Positions 21,226 through 33,261 of a DNA stretch of 64,000 bases are shown here, piece after piece; within the stretch, counting starts at the first letter, position 1; every line of letters starts with the position of its first letter. Below the pieces are notes generated by a model. That model did no database searches. It had not been told where the DNA came from and saw nothing but the letters and a program-made list of their open reading frames with translations. Source of the stretch: an uncultured Chloroflexia bacterium (GTDB lineage Bacteria; Chloroflexota; Limnocylindria; Limnocylindrales; CSP1-4); assembly GCA_963813335.1 (NCBI GenBank), contig CAWEYL010000001.1, forward strand, positions 487,567 through 551,566, given 5' to 3'. The position numbers were made by a program, and so were the translations under genes.

Positions 21226-21612
21226 CTGTCAAAGGCTAGGGCCGAGGCCCGTTTCGGCGGGGTCACCAGCAGTACCGGTCATGGGTCGCCGGTGGTACCG
21301 ATGCATCCCCGCACCACCCTCGAACGAGGCACCATCGGCCCGCCGTCCGCACGGCTGACGGGCGGTCCGTGGACCACCTCGCTTCGGGCGGCATCGCCGC
21401 TGCTATACTCGCCCGGTCCTTCCCGTCGGCGGGGATCGGCCCGCGAACCAGGAGGTCAGCGATCGCGCTTCACTGGCGCATCGGTCGTCCCGTGAGGCGG
21501 CCGGGCGACCGCACGATGGCGACTCGTCGAGCGATCGGCGGCGCGACGCGGGAGCAGTCTATCCGGGTCCCGACCAGGGGCCTTTTTTCTTGCCCGGCGA
21601 TGGTGGCCCCTG

Positions 21613-22921
21613 ATGCCGGCCACGGTGATCGTCGGACTGCAGTGGGGCGACGAGGGGAAGGGCAAGACCACCGACTTCCTCGCGGAGCAGGTCGCCATGG
21701 TCGTCCGCTACCAGGGCGGCGACAACGCCGGGCACACGGTCGTCAGCGGCGACGAGGTGCTGAAGCTGCGGCTGACGCCGTCGGGGGTGCTGTACCCGCA
21801 TATCACCTCGGTCATCGGCAACGGCGTCGTGGTCAACCCGGTCACCCTGATCGGCGAGTTCGACATGCTCGCGTCGCGCGGCATCGACGTCAGCCGGGTC
21901 CGGGTCAGCCGCAGCTCGCACGTGATCATGCCGTACCACGTCGCCCTGGACCGGGCGAACGAGGCGCGCCTCGACGGCGCGAAGGTCGGCACGACCGGTC
22001 GCGGCATCGGGCCGACCTACGCGGATCGGGCGTGGCGCCTCGGGCTGCGCATGGAGGACCTGCTCGACGAGGCGGTCCTGCGCGAGCGGATCGGCCGGCT
22101 GCTGCCGGACAAGAACGTCCTGCTGCATTCGATGGGCGCCGAGACGTTCGAGGCCGACGCGCTCGTCGCCGAGGCGCTCGGCTGGGGCGAGCGCCTGCGG
22201 GCGCATCTCGACGACACGACGTGGCTGGTCCAGGCGGCGCTCGCCCGCGGCGAGCACGTCCTGCTCGAGGGGGCGCAGGGCACGCTCCTCGACCTCGACC
22301 ACGGCAGCTACCCGTTCGTGACGTCGTCGAACCCGGTCGCCGGCGGGCGCCTGCACGGGCGGCGGGATCGGGCCGCTCCAGGTCGACGAGGTCATCGGCG
22401 TCATGAAGGCCTACTCGACGCGGGTCGGCTCGGGCCCGTACCCGACCGAGCTCCACGACGAGATCGGCGCGGGGATCGCCGACCGCGGCCACGAGTTCGG
22501 GACGGTGACCGGACGGCCGCGCCGCGTCGGCTGGTTCGATGCGGTCCCGCTCCGCTACGCGGTCGCCGTCAACAGCGTCAGCTCGATCATGCTCAACAAG
22601 CTCGACATCCTCTCGGGCATCGAGACCATCCGCCTCTGCGTCGCCTACGAGATCGACGGGAAACGCGTCGAGGTCTGGCCGTCGAGCGGTCGGGCGCTCG
22701 CCCGCGCGACCCCGATCTACGAGGAGTTCCCGGGCTGGGTCGAGCCGATCAACGGCGTCCGCTCGCTGGCGGACCTGCCCGAGAACGCGCGGCGCTACGT
22801 GAGCGCCATCGAGGCGCACGCGGGCGTGCCGATCGTGCTGGTGTCGGTCGGGCCGGAGCGGACCCAGACGATCGAGCGTGCCTGGCGCCCGATGCGCAAC
22901 CGGACGGGGATCCCCGCGTGA
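21613..22921 (+). CDS. purA: adenylosuccinate synthetase (frameshift near 22340)
   Basis: QWGDEGKGK P-loop, GDNAGHTVV, TTGRGIGPTY, C-terminal VGWFD...LNKLD. 1-nt insertion after NPVAGG shifts the frame. The C-terminal half is read in the 22403-22921 frame. Confidence 0.85.
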
Positions 22922-22938
22922 GCACGGCCAGCCTGCTC

Positions 22939-24267
22939 ATGCCGACCCGGATCCTCGTCGTGGGGAGCGGTGGCCGCGAGCACGCGCTGGCCTGGAAGCT
23001 CGGGTCCGAGCCGGGCGTCAACGAGGTCGATCGTGGCGCCCGGGAGCGACGCGCATCGCGCGCGAGCCGCGGGTCCGCCGCGCCGACGTCGACCCGCTCG
23101 ACGGGGCGGCCGTCGTGGCCCTGGCGCGTCGCGAGGCGGTCGAGCTGGTCGTCGATCGGCCCCGAGGCCCCGCTGGCGGCCGGTGTCGCCGATGCGCTCG
23201 AAGCCGCCGGGATCGCGGTCTTCGGGCCGACCGCCGCGGCCGCCGCCATCGAGAGCAGCAAGGCGTTCTGCCACGAGGTCGCCGCCGCCGCCGGCGTGCG
23301 GATGGCGCGTGCGGCCGCGTTCGGTTCGGTGGAGCCGGCCATCGCCTTCGCCGGAGCGCTCGACGCCGATGGCGCCGGGATCGTCGTCAAGGCCGACGGC
23401 CTGGCTGCCGGCAAGGGCGTGACGGTCTGCGACGACCTCGCCGCGGCCGAGGCCGCCATCACGGCCGCCCTGGGCGCGCCCGGTGCCCGGGTCGTCGTCG
23501 AGGAGCGGCTCCACGGTCGCGAGGCCAGCCTCATCGCGCTGTGCGACGGGCGCGAGGCGCTCGCCCTCCCGCTGTCGCGCGACCACAAGCGGCTGGCCGA
23601 CGGCGATCGCGGCCCGAACACGGGCGGGATGGGCGCGTACAGCCCGCTCACCGACCTGCCCGACGACCGGATCCCCGCCCTGGTCGAGGCGTTCCACCGC
23701 CCGATCCTCGCCGAGCTGGCCCGCCGCGGCTCCCCGTTCCGTGGCGCGCTCTACGCCGGCCTGATGCTGACCGCCGACGGGCCGGTCCTGCTCGAGTGCA
23801 ACGCCCGGTTCGGCGATCCCGAGACCCAGGCGATCCTGCCGCGTCTGGCGGTCGCCCTCGGGCCGTTGCTGCTGGCCGCGGCCCGCGGCGATCTCGCCGG
23901 GGCGTCGCGGGCGCTCGGGCTCACGGACACGCGGCTCCCGGTCGTCCCGGGGGCGACGGTCGCGCTCGTGCTGGCCGCCGCCGGCTACCCGGACGCGCCC
24001 CGGCGCGGCGACGCGATCGCGGGCCTGGACGCGGCCGCGGAGACCGGCGCCATCGTCTTCCACGCGGGCACGGCCGTCGACGCGGATGGCACCGTCCGGA
24101 CGGCCGGTGGCCGGGTCCTCGCGGTCGTCGGGCGCGGCCCCGACCTGGACGCCGCCCGCGACCAGGCGGAACGCGCCGCGGGCGCCATCACGTGGGACGG
24201 CCTCCAGCGCCGCCATGACATCGGCGCGGACGCGCCCCAGGCGGCCCTCGCCGGAGCCGCCCGATGA
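22939..24267 (+). CDS. purD: phosphoribosylamine--glycine ligase (three 1-nt insertions about 23037, 23060, 23152)
   Basis: ILVVGSGGREHALAWKL N-terminus, ATP-grasp body, C-terminus through three frames that return to the original frame. Confidence 0.8.
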   Translation: MPTRILVVGSGGREHALAWKLGSEPGVNEVDRGARERRASRASRGSAAPTSTRSTGRPSWPWRVARRSSWSSIGPEAPLAAGVADALEAAGIAVFGPTAAAAAIESSKAFCHEVAAAAGVRMARAAAFGSVEPAIAFAGALDADGAGIVVKADGLAAGKGVTVCDDLAAAEAAITAALGAPGARVVVEERLHGREASLIALCDGREALALPLSRDHKRLADGDRGPNTGGMGAYSPLTDLPDDRIPALVEAFHRPILAELARRGSPFRGALYAGLMLTADGPVLLECNARFGDPETQAILPRLAVALGPLLLAAARGDLAGASRALGLTDTRLPVVPGATVALVLAAAGYPDAPRRGDAIAGLDAAAETGAIVFHAGTAVDADGTVRTAGGRVLAVVGRGPDLDAARDQAERAAGAITWDGLQRRHDIGADAPQAALAGAAR

Positions 24268-25626
24268 TCCGCCGCTACACGCTCGCCGAGATGGGCGCGA
24301 TCTGGTCCGAGCAGGCGCGCTTCGAGGCGATGCTCCGGGTCGAGCTCGCGGTCGCGCGCGCGCAGGCCGGTCGCGGCCTGATCCCGGCGGATGCGCTCGC
24401 CGCGCTCGAGACGCGCTCGCGAGTCGACGTCGAGCGGATCGCCGAGATCGAGCGGACGACCGACCACGACGTCATCGCGTTCGTCAGCCAGGTCGCGGAG
24501 ACGGTCGGGCCGGAGGGGCGCTTCCTCCACCTCGGGCTGACCAGCAGCGACGTCGTCGACACCGGTCTCGCGCTCCAGCTCCGGGCCGCCGGCGAGCGGC
24601 TCCTCGACGATGCGGACCGGCTCACCGCCGCGATCATCGTTCGCGCCCGGGCCGAGGCCGAGACGGTGATGATGGGCCGCACCCACTCGGTCCACGCCGA
24701 GCCGACGACGCTCGGCTTCAAGCTCGCCGGCTGGGCCTTCGAGGTGGAGCGCGGGCGCACGCGCCTCGCGGCGGCGGTCGACGAGATCGGGACCGGCAAG
24801 ATCTCCGGCCCGGTCGGGACGTACAGCCACCTCGGCCCGGACGTCGAGGCAGAGGTGCTGGCCTCGCTGGGCCTCCATGTCGACCCGGTCAGCACCCAGA
24901 TCGTCCAGCGCGACCGGCATGCGGCCCTGCTCGCCGCGATCGCGATCCTCGGCGGCTCGCTCGAGCGCTTCGCGACCGAGATCCGCAACCTCCAGCACAC
25001 CGAGATCGGCGAGCTCCAGGAGCCGTTCGCGGTCGGCCAGAAGGGCTCGAGCGCGATGCCGCACAAGCGCAACCCGATCCTGTCCGAGCGGATCGCCGGG
25101 CTGGCGCGGCTCCTGCGCGGCTATGCCGGCACCGCGTTCGAGGACCAGCCGCTCTGGCACGAGCGCGACATCAGCCACTCGAGCGCCGAGCGGGTCGATC
25201 CTGCCCGACGCGACGATCGTCCTCGACTACATGCTCGTGCGGATGACCGGGCTGGTCGACGGGCTGCTCGTCCGCTCCGAGCGGATGCGCGAGAACATCG
25301 CCCGCGGGCTCGGGCTGCACGCGTCGTCGAAGGTGCTGGTCACGCTCGTCGAGAGCGGGGGCCTCGCCCGCGAGGAGGCCTACGCGATCGTCCAGCGGGC
25401 CGCGCTACGTGCCGCGGACGAGCGGGCGCCGCTGCGCGACCTGCTGGCGGTGGACCCGGCCGTGGCGCAGCGCTTGTCGCTCACCCAGCTCGACGCCTGC
25501 TTCGATGACGCCTCGTTCCTGCGTCACGTCCCGGAGGTCATCGCCCGGCTCGACGGCCTCGAGGCGGCCCTGGCGGCGAGACGCAGCGCTGCGCCGCACC
25601 CCGCGACGGTGTCCGATGCTGGCTGA
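24264..25626 (+). CDS. purB: adenylosuccinate lyase (frameshift about 25197)
   Basis: ATGA overlap with purD. Fumarate-lyase signature [11 protein letters not shown]. Frame change at gtcGatc after ...HSSAER. Confidence 0.85.
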
Positions 25627-26682
25627 CACGTTCCTCCGCTCCGGCAAGGTCCGTGACCTGTATCGGCTCGACGATGGCCGCATCCTGCTGGTCGCCTCGG
25701 ACCGGATCAGCGCCTTCGACGTCGTCCTGCCCTCGACGATCCCCGACAAGGGCCGCGTGCTGACGGGCCTCTCGCGCTTCTGGTTCGCCGAGACCGAGTC
25801 GCATCGTCGCGAACCATCTCCTTGACACCGATCCGGCGGTGCTCGTCGACACGATCGGTCCACGCGTGGCCGCCGCCGGCGGGATCCGGCCGACCTCGGA
25901 TCGGTCGAGCGACCTCCGCGGCCGGATCATGATCTGTCGCCCGGCCGCGGTGGTCCCGGTCGAGGCCGTCGTGCGCGGCTACCTCGCGGGCTCGGGCTGG
26001 AAGGAGTACCAGGCGAGCGGGACCGTCTGCGGGATCGCGCTGCCGCCCGGGCTCCGCGAGAGCGACCGACTGCCCGGAGCCGATCTTCACGCCGGCGACG
26101 AAGGCCGAGGACGGCGAGCACGACCAGAACATCAGCTTCGACGAGATGATCGACCACATCGCCATCGCGCCCGGCGATCCCGGCGCCGGGGAGCTCGCCG
26201 AACGGATCCGCGACGAGGCCATCCGGCTCTATCGATACGGTGCGGCCGTGGCCGAACGGCGCGGGATCCTCCTGGCCGACACCAAGTTCGAGTTCGGGTT
26301 GGCTCTCAGCGGCGATCCCGACGAACCGGTCGGACCGGTGGAGGAGCGGATCGAGCGCCCACGTCCAGCCGGCCGCCGGCCGGACGTCTTCCCGCCCGGG
26401 ACTCGCGCCAGCCACCTGCTCCTCATCGACGAGGTCATGACCCCCGATTCGTCGCGGTTCTGGGACGCCGCGACCTACGAGCCCGGCCGCCCGCAGGCCA
26501 GCTTCGACAAGCAGTTCGTGCGCGACTGGCTCGAGGCGCAGCCCTGGGACAAGACCGCGCCCGGGCCGGCCCTGCCCGCCGAGGTCGTGGCCGGCACGCG
26601 GGCGCGCTACGTCGAGGCCTACGAACGCATCACCGGCGCCAGCTTCGAGCGCTACCTCCAGGAGGATGTCATCGCCCCATGA
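25616..26682 (+). CDS. purC: SAICAR synthetase (frameshifts about 25800 and 26077)
   Basis: [17 protein letters not shown]-terminus, [15 protein letters not shown] motif. Start overlaps the purB end. Confidence 0.8.
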
Positions 26683-26963
26683 CCAGCTTCCGGTTCGCCG
26701 TCAACGTCCTGCCGAAGCCCGGCATCCTCGACCCGCAGGGCCGGGCGGTCGAGGGCAGCCTCGGCCACCTCGGGATCGAGGGCGTCAGCGCCGTGCGCGT
26801 CGGCCGGCGCGTCGAGCTGACGGTCGAGGCCGCGGACGCGGATGCGGCCCGCGCCGTCGTCGAGCGGCTCGCCTCGGAGCTGCTCTCGAACCCGCTCATC
26901 GAGGCGTACGCGATCGAAGCCCTCGGGGCGACCTCGTCGCTCGCCACGGCCGGGCGGGGCTGA
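26679..26963 (+). CDS. purS: FGAM synthase PurS subunit
   Basis: About 94 aa, [25 protein letters not shown] overlap with purC. Confidence 0.85.
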   Translation: MTSFRFAVNVLPKPGILDPQGRAVEGSLGHLGIEGVSAVRVGRRVELTVEAADADAARAVVERLASELLSNPLIEAYAIEALGATSSLATAGRG

Positions 26964-26966
26964 GCG

Positions 26967-27707
26967 ATGGGCGTGCGGGTCGGCGTCGTCGTCTTCCCGG
27001 GCAGCAACTGCGATCGCGACACCGTCCATGCGCTCGAGCTGGCCGGCGCCGAGCCGGTCGTGCTGTGGCACGAGCAGGCATCGCTCGACGGCGTCGCCGC
27101 GGTCGTCCTGCCGGGCGGCTTCGCCTACGGCGATTACCTGCGCGCCGGCGTCATCGCCCGCTTCAGCCCGGTCATGCGGGCCGTGACCGCGTTCGCCGAT
27201 GCCGGCGGGCTGGTCCTCGGGATCTGCAACGGGTTCCAGGTGCTCGCCGAGGCCGACCTCGTGCCCGGCGCGCTCCTGCGCAACGCCTCGCTCCGCTTCG
27301 CCGGCCAGGAGGTGCGCATCGCGGCGCAGCGCGTCGACACGCGGTTCACCCACGCGCTCGAGGTCGGCCGGCCGCTGCGGATGCCCGTCGCGCACGGCGA
27401 GGGCTGCTACTTCGCCGACGACGCGACGCTCGACGCGCTCGAGGCCGCCGACGGCGTGCTCTTCCGCTACGTCGACGCCGCGGGGACCGTCGCCGGCCCC
27501 GAGGACCCGGCCAACCCCAACGGCTCGCTGCGGGCGATCGCCGGGGTCGTCAACGCGGCCGGCAACGTCGCCGGGCTGATGCCCCACCCGGAGCGCGCCG
27601 CCGAGGCGATCCTCGGCTCCGACGACGGGGCCGGGATCATCCGCTCGCTGGTCGAGAGCGCCGCGCTCGCGGCGAACGGCGACCTGGTCGCGGTCGGCGG
27701 GCGATGA
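26967..27707 (+). CDS. purQ: FGAM synthase glutamine amidotransferase subunit
   Basis: Intact 246 aa. Catalytic triad context GICNGFQ, MPHPER. Confidence 0.9.
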   Translation: MGVRVGVVVFPGSNCDRDTVHALELAGAEPVVLWHEQASLDGVAAVVLPGGFAYGDYLRAGVIARFSPVMRAVTAFADAGGLVLGICNGFQVLAEADLVPGALLRNASLRFAGQEVRIAAQRVDTRFTHALEVGRPLRMPVAHGEGCYFADDATLDALEAADGVLFRYVDAAGTVAGPEDPANPNGSLRAIAGVVNAAGNVAGLMPHPERAAEAILGSDDGAGIIRSLVESAALAANGDLVAVGGR

Positions 27708-30027
27708 CCGTCACGGAGCGCGCGGTCGAGCCGCTCCACCGGCGTCTCGGCGTGACCGACGAGGAGCTCGCCGCGATCCGCGACCGCCTCGGCGGGCGCG
27801 ATCCCAACGACCTCGAGCTCGCGATGTTCAGCGTCATGTGGAGCGAGCACTGCTCGTACAAGAGCTCGAAGCCGCTCCTGCGGACGCTCCCGACCGCGGG
27901 TGAGGGCGTCGTCGCCGGTCCGGGCGAGAACGCCGGCGTGATCTCGATCGGCGACGGGCTGGCCGTCGCGTTCAAGATCGAGTCGCACAACCATCCCAGC
28001 GCGGTCGAGCCGTACCAGGGCGCCGCGACCGGGGTCGGCGGCATCCTGCGCGACATCTTCACGATGGGCGCCCGGCCGATCGCGGTCCTCGACGCGCTCC
28101 GCTTCGGCGATCCGGCCGACGCCCGGACGCGGCACCTCGTCGACGGCGTCGTGCGCGGCGTCGGCGGCTACGGCAACTGCGTCGGCGTGCCGACGGTCGG
28201 CGGCGAGCTGGTCTTCGACCCGACCTACGCCGGGAACCCGCTCGTCAACGTCATGGCCATCGGCCTGCTGGAGGAGCGGCTGCTGACGCTCGCGGCCGCG
28301 CCCGGCCCGGGCAACCTGGTCGTCCTGTTCGGGTCGGCGACCGGCCGCGACGGGATCGGCGGCGCGTCGGTCCTCGCCAGCGCCACGTTCACCGACGATG
28401 ACCCGTCCAAGCGCCCCAGTCGGTCCAGGTCGGCGACCCGTTCGCCGAGAAGCTGCTGATCGAGGCCAGCCTCGAGCTCATCGAGCGCGGCCTCGTCGAG
28501 GGCCTCCAGGACCTCGGCGCCGGCGGCATCACCTGCGCCACCTCGGAGACCGCCGACCGCGGCGGGACCGGGATGCTCGTCGACCTCGACGCGATCCCGC
28601 GCCGGGAGCCCGGCCTCGAGCCGTTCGAGGTGATGATCTCGGAGTCGCAGGAGCGGATGTGCGCGGCGGTCCTGCCCGCCAAGTGGGACGAGGTCCGCGA
28701 GGTCTGCACCCGCTGGGGCCTGCCGGTCGCGATCATCGGGCGGGTGACCGCCGACGGCGACATCGCGATCGTCGAGGGCGGCCTGGACGCGGACGGCCGA
28801 CCGAACCCGGGCGCCCGCGAGATCGCCCGCATCCCGGCCAGCGCCCTGACCAGCGACGCGATCGTCCACGAGCGCGTCGCGATGCGGCCGACCCACCAGC
28901 GGGCGGCCCCGGCACCCGGCGCGCCGATCGAGCCGGTCGACCGGCTGCCCGAGCGCGGCATGGACCCCGGCGCCGTGCTGCTGGCGCTGCTCGGGTCGGC
29001 CAACCTCGCGTCGCGCCACGCGGTCTTCCACCAGTACGACTCGACCGTCGGCGCGGACACCGTCGCGGGACCGGGCCGCGGCGCCGCGGTCCTGCGGGTC
29101 AAGGGGACGACCAAGGCGCTCGTCGCCACGACCGACGGCAACCACGGCGTCGGTGTGGTCGATCCGTGGCTCGGCGCCGCGCTGTCCGTCGCCGAGGCGA
29201 CCCGCAACGTCTCGATCACGGGCGCCCGCCCGCTCGGCGTCACGAACTGCCTCAACTACGGCGACCCGACCCGGCCGGAGGCCTTCTGGCAGCTGACCGA
29301 GGGCGTCCGCGGCGCTCGGCGACGCCTGCCGCGCGCTCGGCCTGCCGGTCACCGGCGGCAACGTCTCGCTCTACAACGAATCGCCGACCGGCTCCATCGC
29401 GCCGACGCCCGAGATCGGGGTCGTCGGGCTGCTCGACGACGTCGCCTCGCTCGTCGGGCCGGCCTTCGCGAAGGCGCACGACGCGATCCTCCTCGTCGGC
29501 GAGGCGACCCGGGCCTGGCCGGCTCCGCGTACGCCTCCTCGCGGGCGCCGCCGAGGACGACCCGCCGGCCCTCGACCTCGGCCGCGAGGCGGCGCTCCAG
29601 GCGTTCATCCGCGAGGCGATCGCGCGCGGCCTCGTCGCCTCGGCCCAGGACGTCTCCGGCGGCGGCCTCGCCGTCGCGCTCGCCGAGGGCGCGATCTGGG
29701 GCGGCCTCGGCGCGGCGACCCGCGTCGCGGTCGCGCACTCGCCGGCGGTCGACCTCTTCGGCGAGAGCCCGTCGCGCCTCGTCGTCACCTGCCGCCCCCG
29801 GTTCGCGCCGGCGCTCGAGCTGCTCGCCCGCCAGCACGGCCTCCCGGTCGAGATCGATCGGGACGGTCGGCGGCGACCGGCTCGTCATCGAGCTCGCCGG
29901 GACCGGCGCCACCGGCGCGGCCGAGGAGCGCGGCAGCCGGGTCGCCGATGCGCTGGAGGTCCCGCTCGCCGACCTCCGTCATGCCTGGGAGCACGGCCTC
30001 GCCCGCGCCCTCGGCTGGGAGGGCTGA
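27704..30027 (+). CDS. purL: FGAM synthase large subunit (multiple frameshifts)
   Basis: ATGA overlap with purQ. Conserved [25 protein letters not shown]. At least 5 frame changes (about 28418, 29316, 29510, 29545, 29856). Conserved segments are distributed over all three plus frames. Canonical C-terminus ...ALGWEG. Confidence 0.8.
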
Positions 30028-30030
30028 CCC

Positions 30031-31503
30031 GATGTGCGGCGTGTTCGGGGCGGTCGTGCCGCGCGATGCCGAGCCGACCGATGCGGCCGCGATCGCGACG
30101 CTCGGGCTGTTCGCGCTCCAGCACCGCGGCCAGGAGTCGGCCGGCATCGCGGTCAGCGACGGCGACCAGCTGATGCTCTACAAGGACCTCGGGATGATCA
30201 GCACGGTGCTCGACGAGCGCCGGCTGCCGAGCCTGCGCGGCGGCCTCGCGATCGCCCACTGCCGCTACTCGACGACCGGCTCGACGATCTGGGAGAACGC
30301 CCAGCCCACCTACCGACGCGGGCCCGCGGCGGGCGATCGCCATCGGCCACAACGGGAACCTCGTCAACACCCGCGACCTGCTCGACCCAGCTCGAGGGCG
30401 GCCGCGCCCGGCTCCCCGCCTCGACCGACACGGAGCTGCTGACGGCGCTGCTCGCCGACGAGCCCGCCGCGGACACGGTCGAGGCGCTGGTCCAGGTCCT
30501 GCCGCGGGTCCGCGGCGCCTTCAGCCTCGTCGTCCTCGACGAGCGGCGGGTCATCGGCGTGCGCGACCCGCACGGGTTCCGGCCGCTCGTCCTCGGCAAG
30601 CTGCCGCGGCCGCCGCGCCCGGGCGGTCCGGACGACGGCCTGTGGAGCGACGACGACGCGTCGGCCGGCTGGTGCCTCTCGTCGGAGACGGCCGCACTCG
30701 ACATCGTCGGTGCCGAGTACGTCCGCGACGTGGAGCCCGGCGAGATCGTCGATCCTCGAGCCGGGGCACGCCCCGCGCTCGGTCCGCTACGCCGCGGCGA
30801 CGCCGACGCTGTGCGTGTTCGAGCTCATCTACTTCGCCCGCCCGGATTCGTACATGGAGGGCCGCAACCTGTACGAGGTCCGCCGGCGGATGGGCGATGC
30901 AGCTGGCCATCGAGCACCCGGTCGAGGCGGACCTGGTCATGCCGGTCCCCGACACCGGCGCCCCGGCCGCCGCCGGGTTCGCGGAGGCGTCCGGGCAGCC
31001 GTACCGCGAGGGGATGTACCGGAACCGGTACGCCGGGCGGACCTTCATCCAGCCGTCGCAGGGGCTGCGCCACCGCGGCGTGACGATCAAGCTCAACCCG
31101 CTCCGCGAGGTCGTCAACGGGAAGCGGCTGATCGTGGTCGACGACTCGATCGTGCGCGGGACGACCACCAAGCGGATCGTCGAGCTGCTGCGCAAGGCGG
31201 GCGCGACCGAGGTCCACGTCCGCATCAGCGCGCCGCCGATCTACCACCCGTGCTTCTACGGCATCGACACCTCCATCGAGACCGAGCTCATCGCGGCGAC
31301 CCACGACGAGGGCCAGATCCGCGAGTTCATCGGCGCCGATTCGCTGGGCTACCTCTCGATCCGCGGCGTCCTCGCGGCGCTCGACCTGCCCGTACGAGCG
31401 GTTCTGCTTCGCCTGCTTCGACGGCAACTACCCCGAGCCCGTGCCGTACGACGCCGCGAGCCGCAAGTTCATGCTCGAGGAGCCCGTGATCGCCGGTGGG
31501 TAG
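30031..31503 (+). CDS. purF: amidophosphoribosyltransferase (multiple frameshifts)
   Basis: N-terminal catalytic Cys (MCGVFG), PRTase motif [13 protein letters not shown]. Frame changes about 30335, 30395, 30750, 30893, 31397. Confidence 0.8.
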
Positions 31504-32653
31504 CGATAAGGGCGGCGCGGGGGCGCGCGCCGCGTACCGCGCGGCCGGCGTCGACGTCGCCGGCGGCGAGCGGGCGGTCGAGCTCATGCGCGCCCACGTC
31601 GAATCGACGCGGCGGCCGGAGGTCGTCGGCGGCCTCGGCGGGTTCGGCGGCGCCTTCTCGATCCCGCCGGGCTACCGCGAGCCGCTGCTCATCGCCTCGA
31701 CGGACGGCGTCGGGACCAAGACCGCGATCGCGACGGCCGTCGGCCGGTTCGACACCATCGGCATCGACCTCGTGGCGATGTGCGCCGACGACGTCGTGTG
31801 CACGGGCGCCGAGCCGCTGGCGTTCCTCGACTACGTGGCCGTCGGGCAGCTCGACCCAGTCGCCGTGGCGGAGCTGGTCGGCGGCGTGGCCGCCGGCTGC
31901 CGCGACGCCGGCTGCGCGCTGGTCGGCGGCGAGACCGCGGAGCACCCGGGGCTGTTGCCGGCAGACGCGTTCGACCTGGCCGCCACCTGCATCGGGGTCG
32001 TGGAGCGCTCGCGCGTGATCGACGGCTCGGCGGCGAGGGTCGGCGACGTCATCCTGGGCCTGGCGGCTTCCGGGCTCCATTCGAACGGCTATTCGCTGGT
32101 CCGGGCACTCGTGGCCCAATGGGGCCTCGACCTCGGCGCGCCCTACCAGGCGCGCCTGCGCCGGACGCTCGGCGATGCCCCGGCGGAGGCGGCGATCGCC
32201 GCCGCGCCGCACGAAGCGATGGCGACCCTCGGCGAAGTGCTGCTGACCCCGACGCGGATCTACGCGCGGGCCGTGCTCGCGGCCCGCGAGGCGCTCGTCG
32301 CGGACGGCGCCGACATCCACGGTCTCGCCCACGTCACCGGCGGCGGCCTGCCCGGGAATGTGCCGCGCGCGCTGGCGATCGGGCTGGCCGCCCGACTGGA
32401 TCCGTCCCGCTGGGCGACGCCCTCGGTCATGCGGCTGTTCGCGGCGCTGGGCGGGCTCGACGACGACGAGCTCCGGGCGACCTTCAACGGCGGCCTCGGC
32501 ATGGTCATGGTCGTGCCGCCGGCGGCGGCGGCCGCAGCCATCGCCGCCCTGGCGGGACAGGGGATCCCGGCCAGCGTCGTCGGCGAGGTCGTGGACGCGG
32601 CGTCGACCGGCGGCGCGCGCTACGTCGAAGGGCCCCTGGAGGCGCTCGGGTGA
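31496..32653 (+). CDS. purM: phosphoribosylformylglycinamidine cyclo-ligase
   Basis: Intact 385 aa. [25 protein letters not shown] start overlapping the purF stop. Confidence 0.9.
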   Translation: MGSDKGGAGARAAYRAAGVDVAGGERAVELMRAHVESTRRPEVVGGLGGFGGAFSIPPGYREPLLIASTDGVGTKTAIATAVGRFDTIGIDLVAMCADDVVCTGAEPLAFLDYVAVGQLDPVAVAELVGGVAAGCRDAGCALVGGETAEHPGLLPADAFDLAATCIGVVERSRVIDGSAARVGDVILGLAASGLHSNGYSLVRALVAQWGLDLGAPYQARLRRTLGDAPAEAAIAAAPHEAMATLGEVLLTPTRIYARAVLAAREALVADGADIHGLAHVTGGGLPGNVPRALAIGLAARLDPSRWATPSVMRLFAALGGLDDDELRATFNGGLGMVMVVPPAAAAAAIAALAGQGIPASVVGEVVDAASTGGARYVEGPLEALG

Positions 32654-33261
32654 GCGGCCGGATCGCCGTCGGCGTGTCGGGTGCCGGCTCGAACCTGCGC
32701 GCGCTCCACGCCGCCGCGACCCGCGGCGAGCTCGGCGGTGACATCGTGCTCGTGTTCGCCGACCGCGCCTGCCCGGCCCTCGACTGGGCGGCGGAGCAGG
32801 GGATCGAGACTGCGCTCGTGCCCGGGGGCGACGACGCGACGCTCGCCGCGACCCTCGCCGATGCGGCGCCGGACGTCGTGGTCCTCGCCGGGTACATGCG
32901 CATCGTCGGCCCCGCCGTGCTGGCGGCCTTCGCGGGCCGGATCCTCAACACGCACCCGAGCCTGCTGCCGGCGTTCCCCGGCGCCCACGCGGTCCGCGAC
33001 GCGCTGGCCTACGGCGTGACGATGACGGGCTCCACGGTCCACCTCGTCGACGAGACCCTCGACGGCGGCCCGGTGGTCGCCCAGGACGCGGTCGCGGTGC
33101 TGCCCGGCGACGACGCCGAGAGCCTCCACGCCCGGATCCGCGCGGCGGAGCATCGCTTGCTGCCGCGCGCGGTGGCGCTGCTCCTGGCCGACGCGCTCAG
33201 CGTCGACGCCGACGGCCGCCATGTCCGCCTCGACCTCGAGCGTGCCGACGCCGCCGTCCCG
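32650..33261 (+). CDS. purN: phosphoribosylglycinamide formyltransferase (no in-frame stop before purH)
   Basis: GTG start overlapping the purM stop. IAVGVSGAGSNL, NTHPSLLPAFPG, HLVDETLDGGPV. The reading frame continues without a stop into purH. The end coordinate is nominal. Confidence 0.7.

Noticed and set aside
21440-21612. ZTP (pfl) riboswitch upstream of purA
   Set aside because: Only a partial match to the conserved ACUGGCG / CCGACC..GGG elements and in a non-canonical order. Kept only as an unspecified leader-structure candidate.
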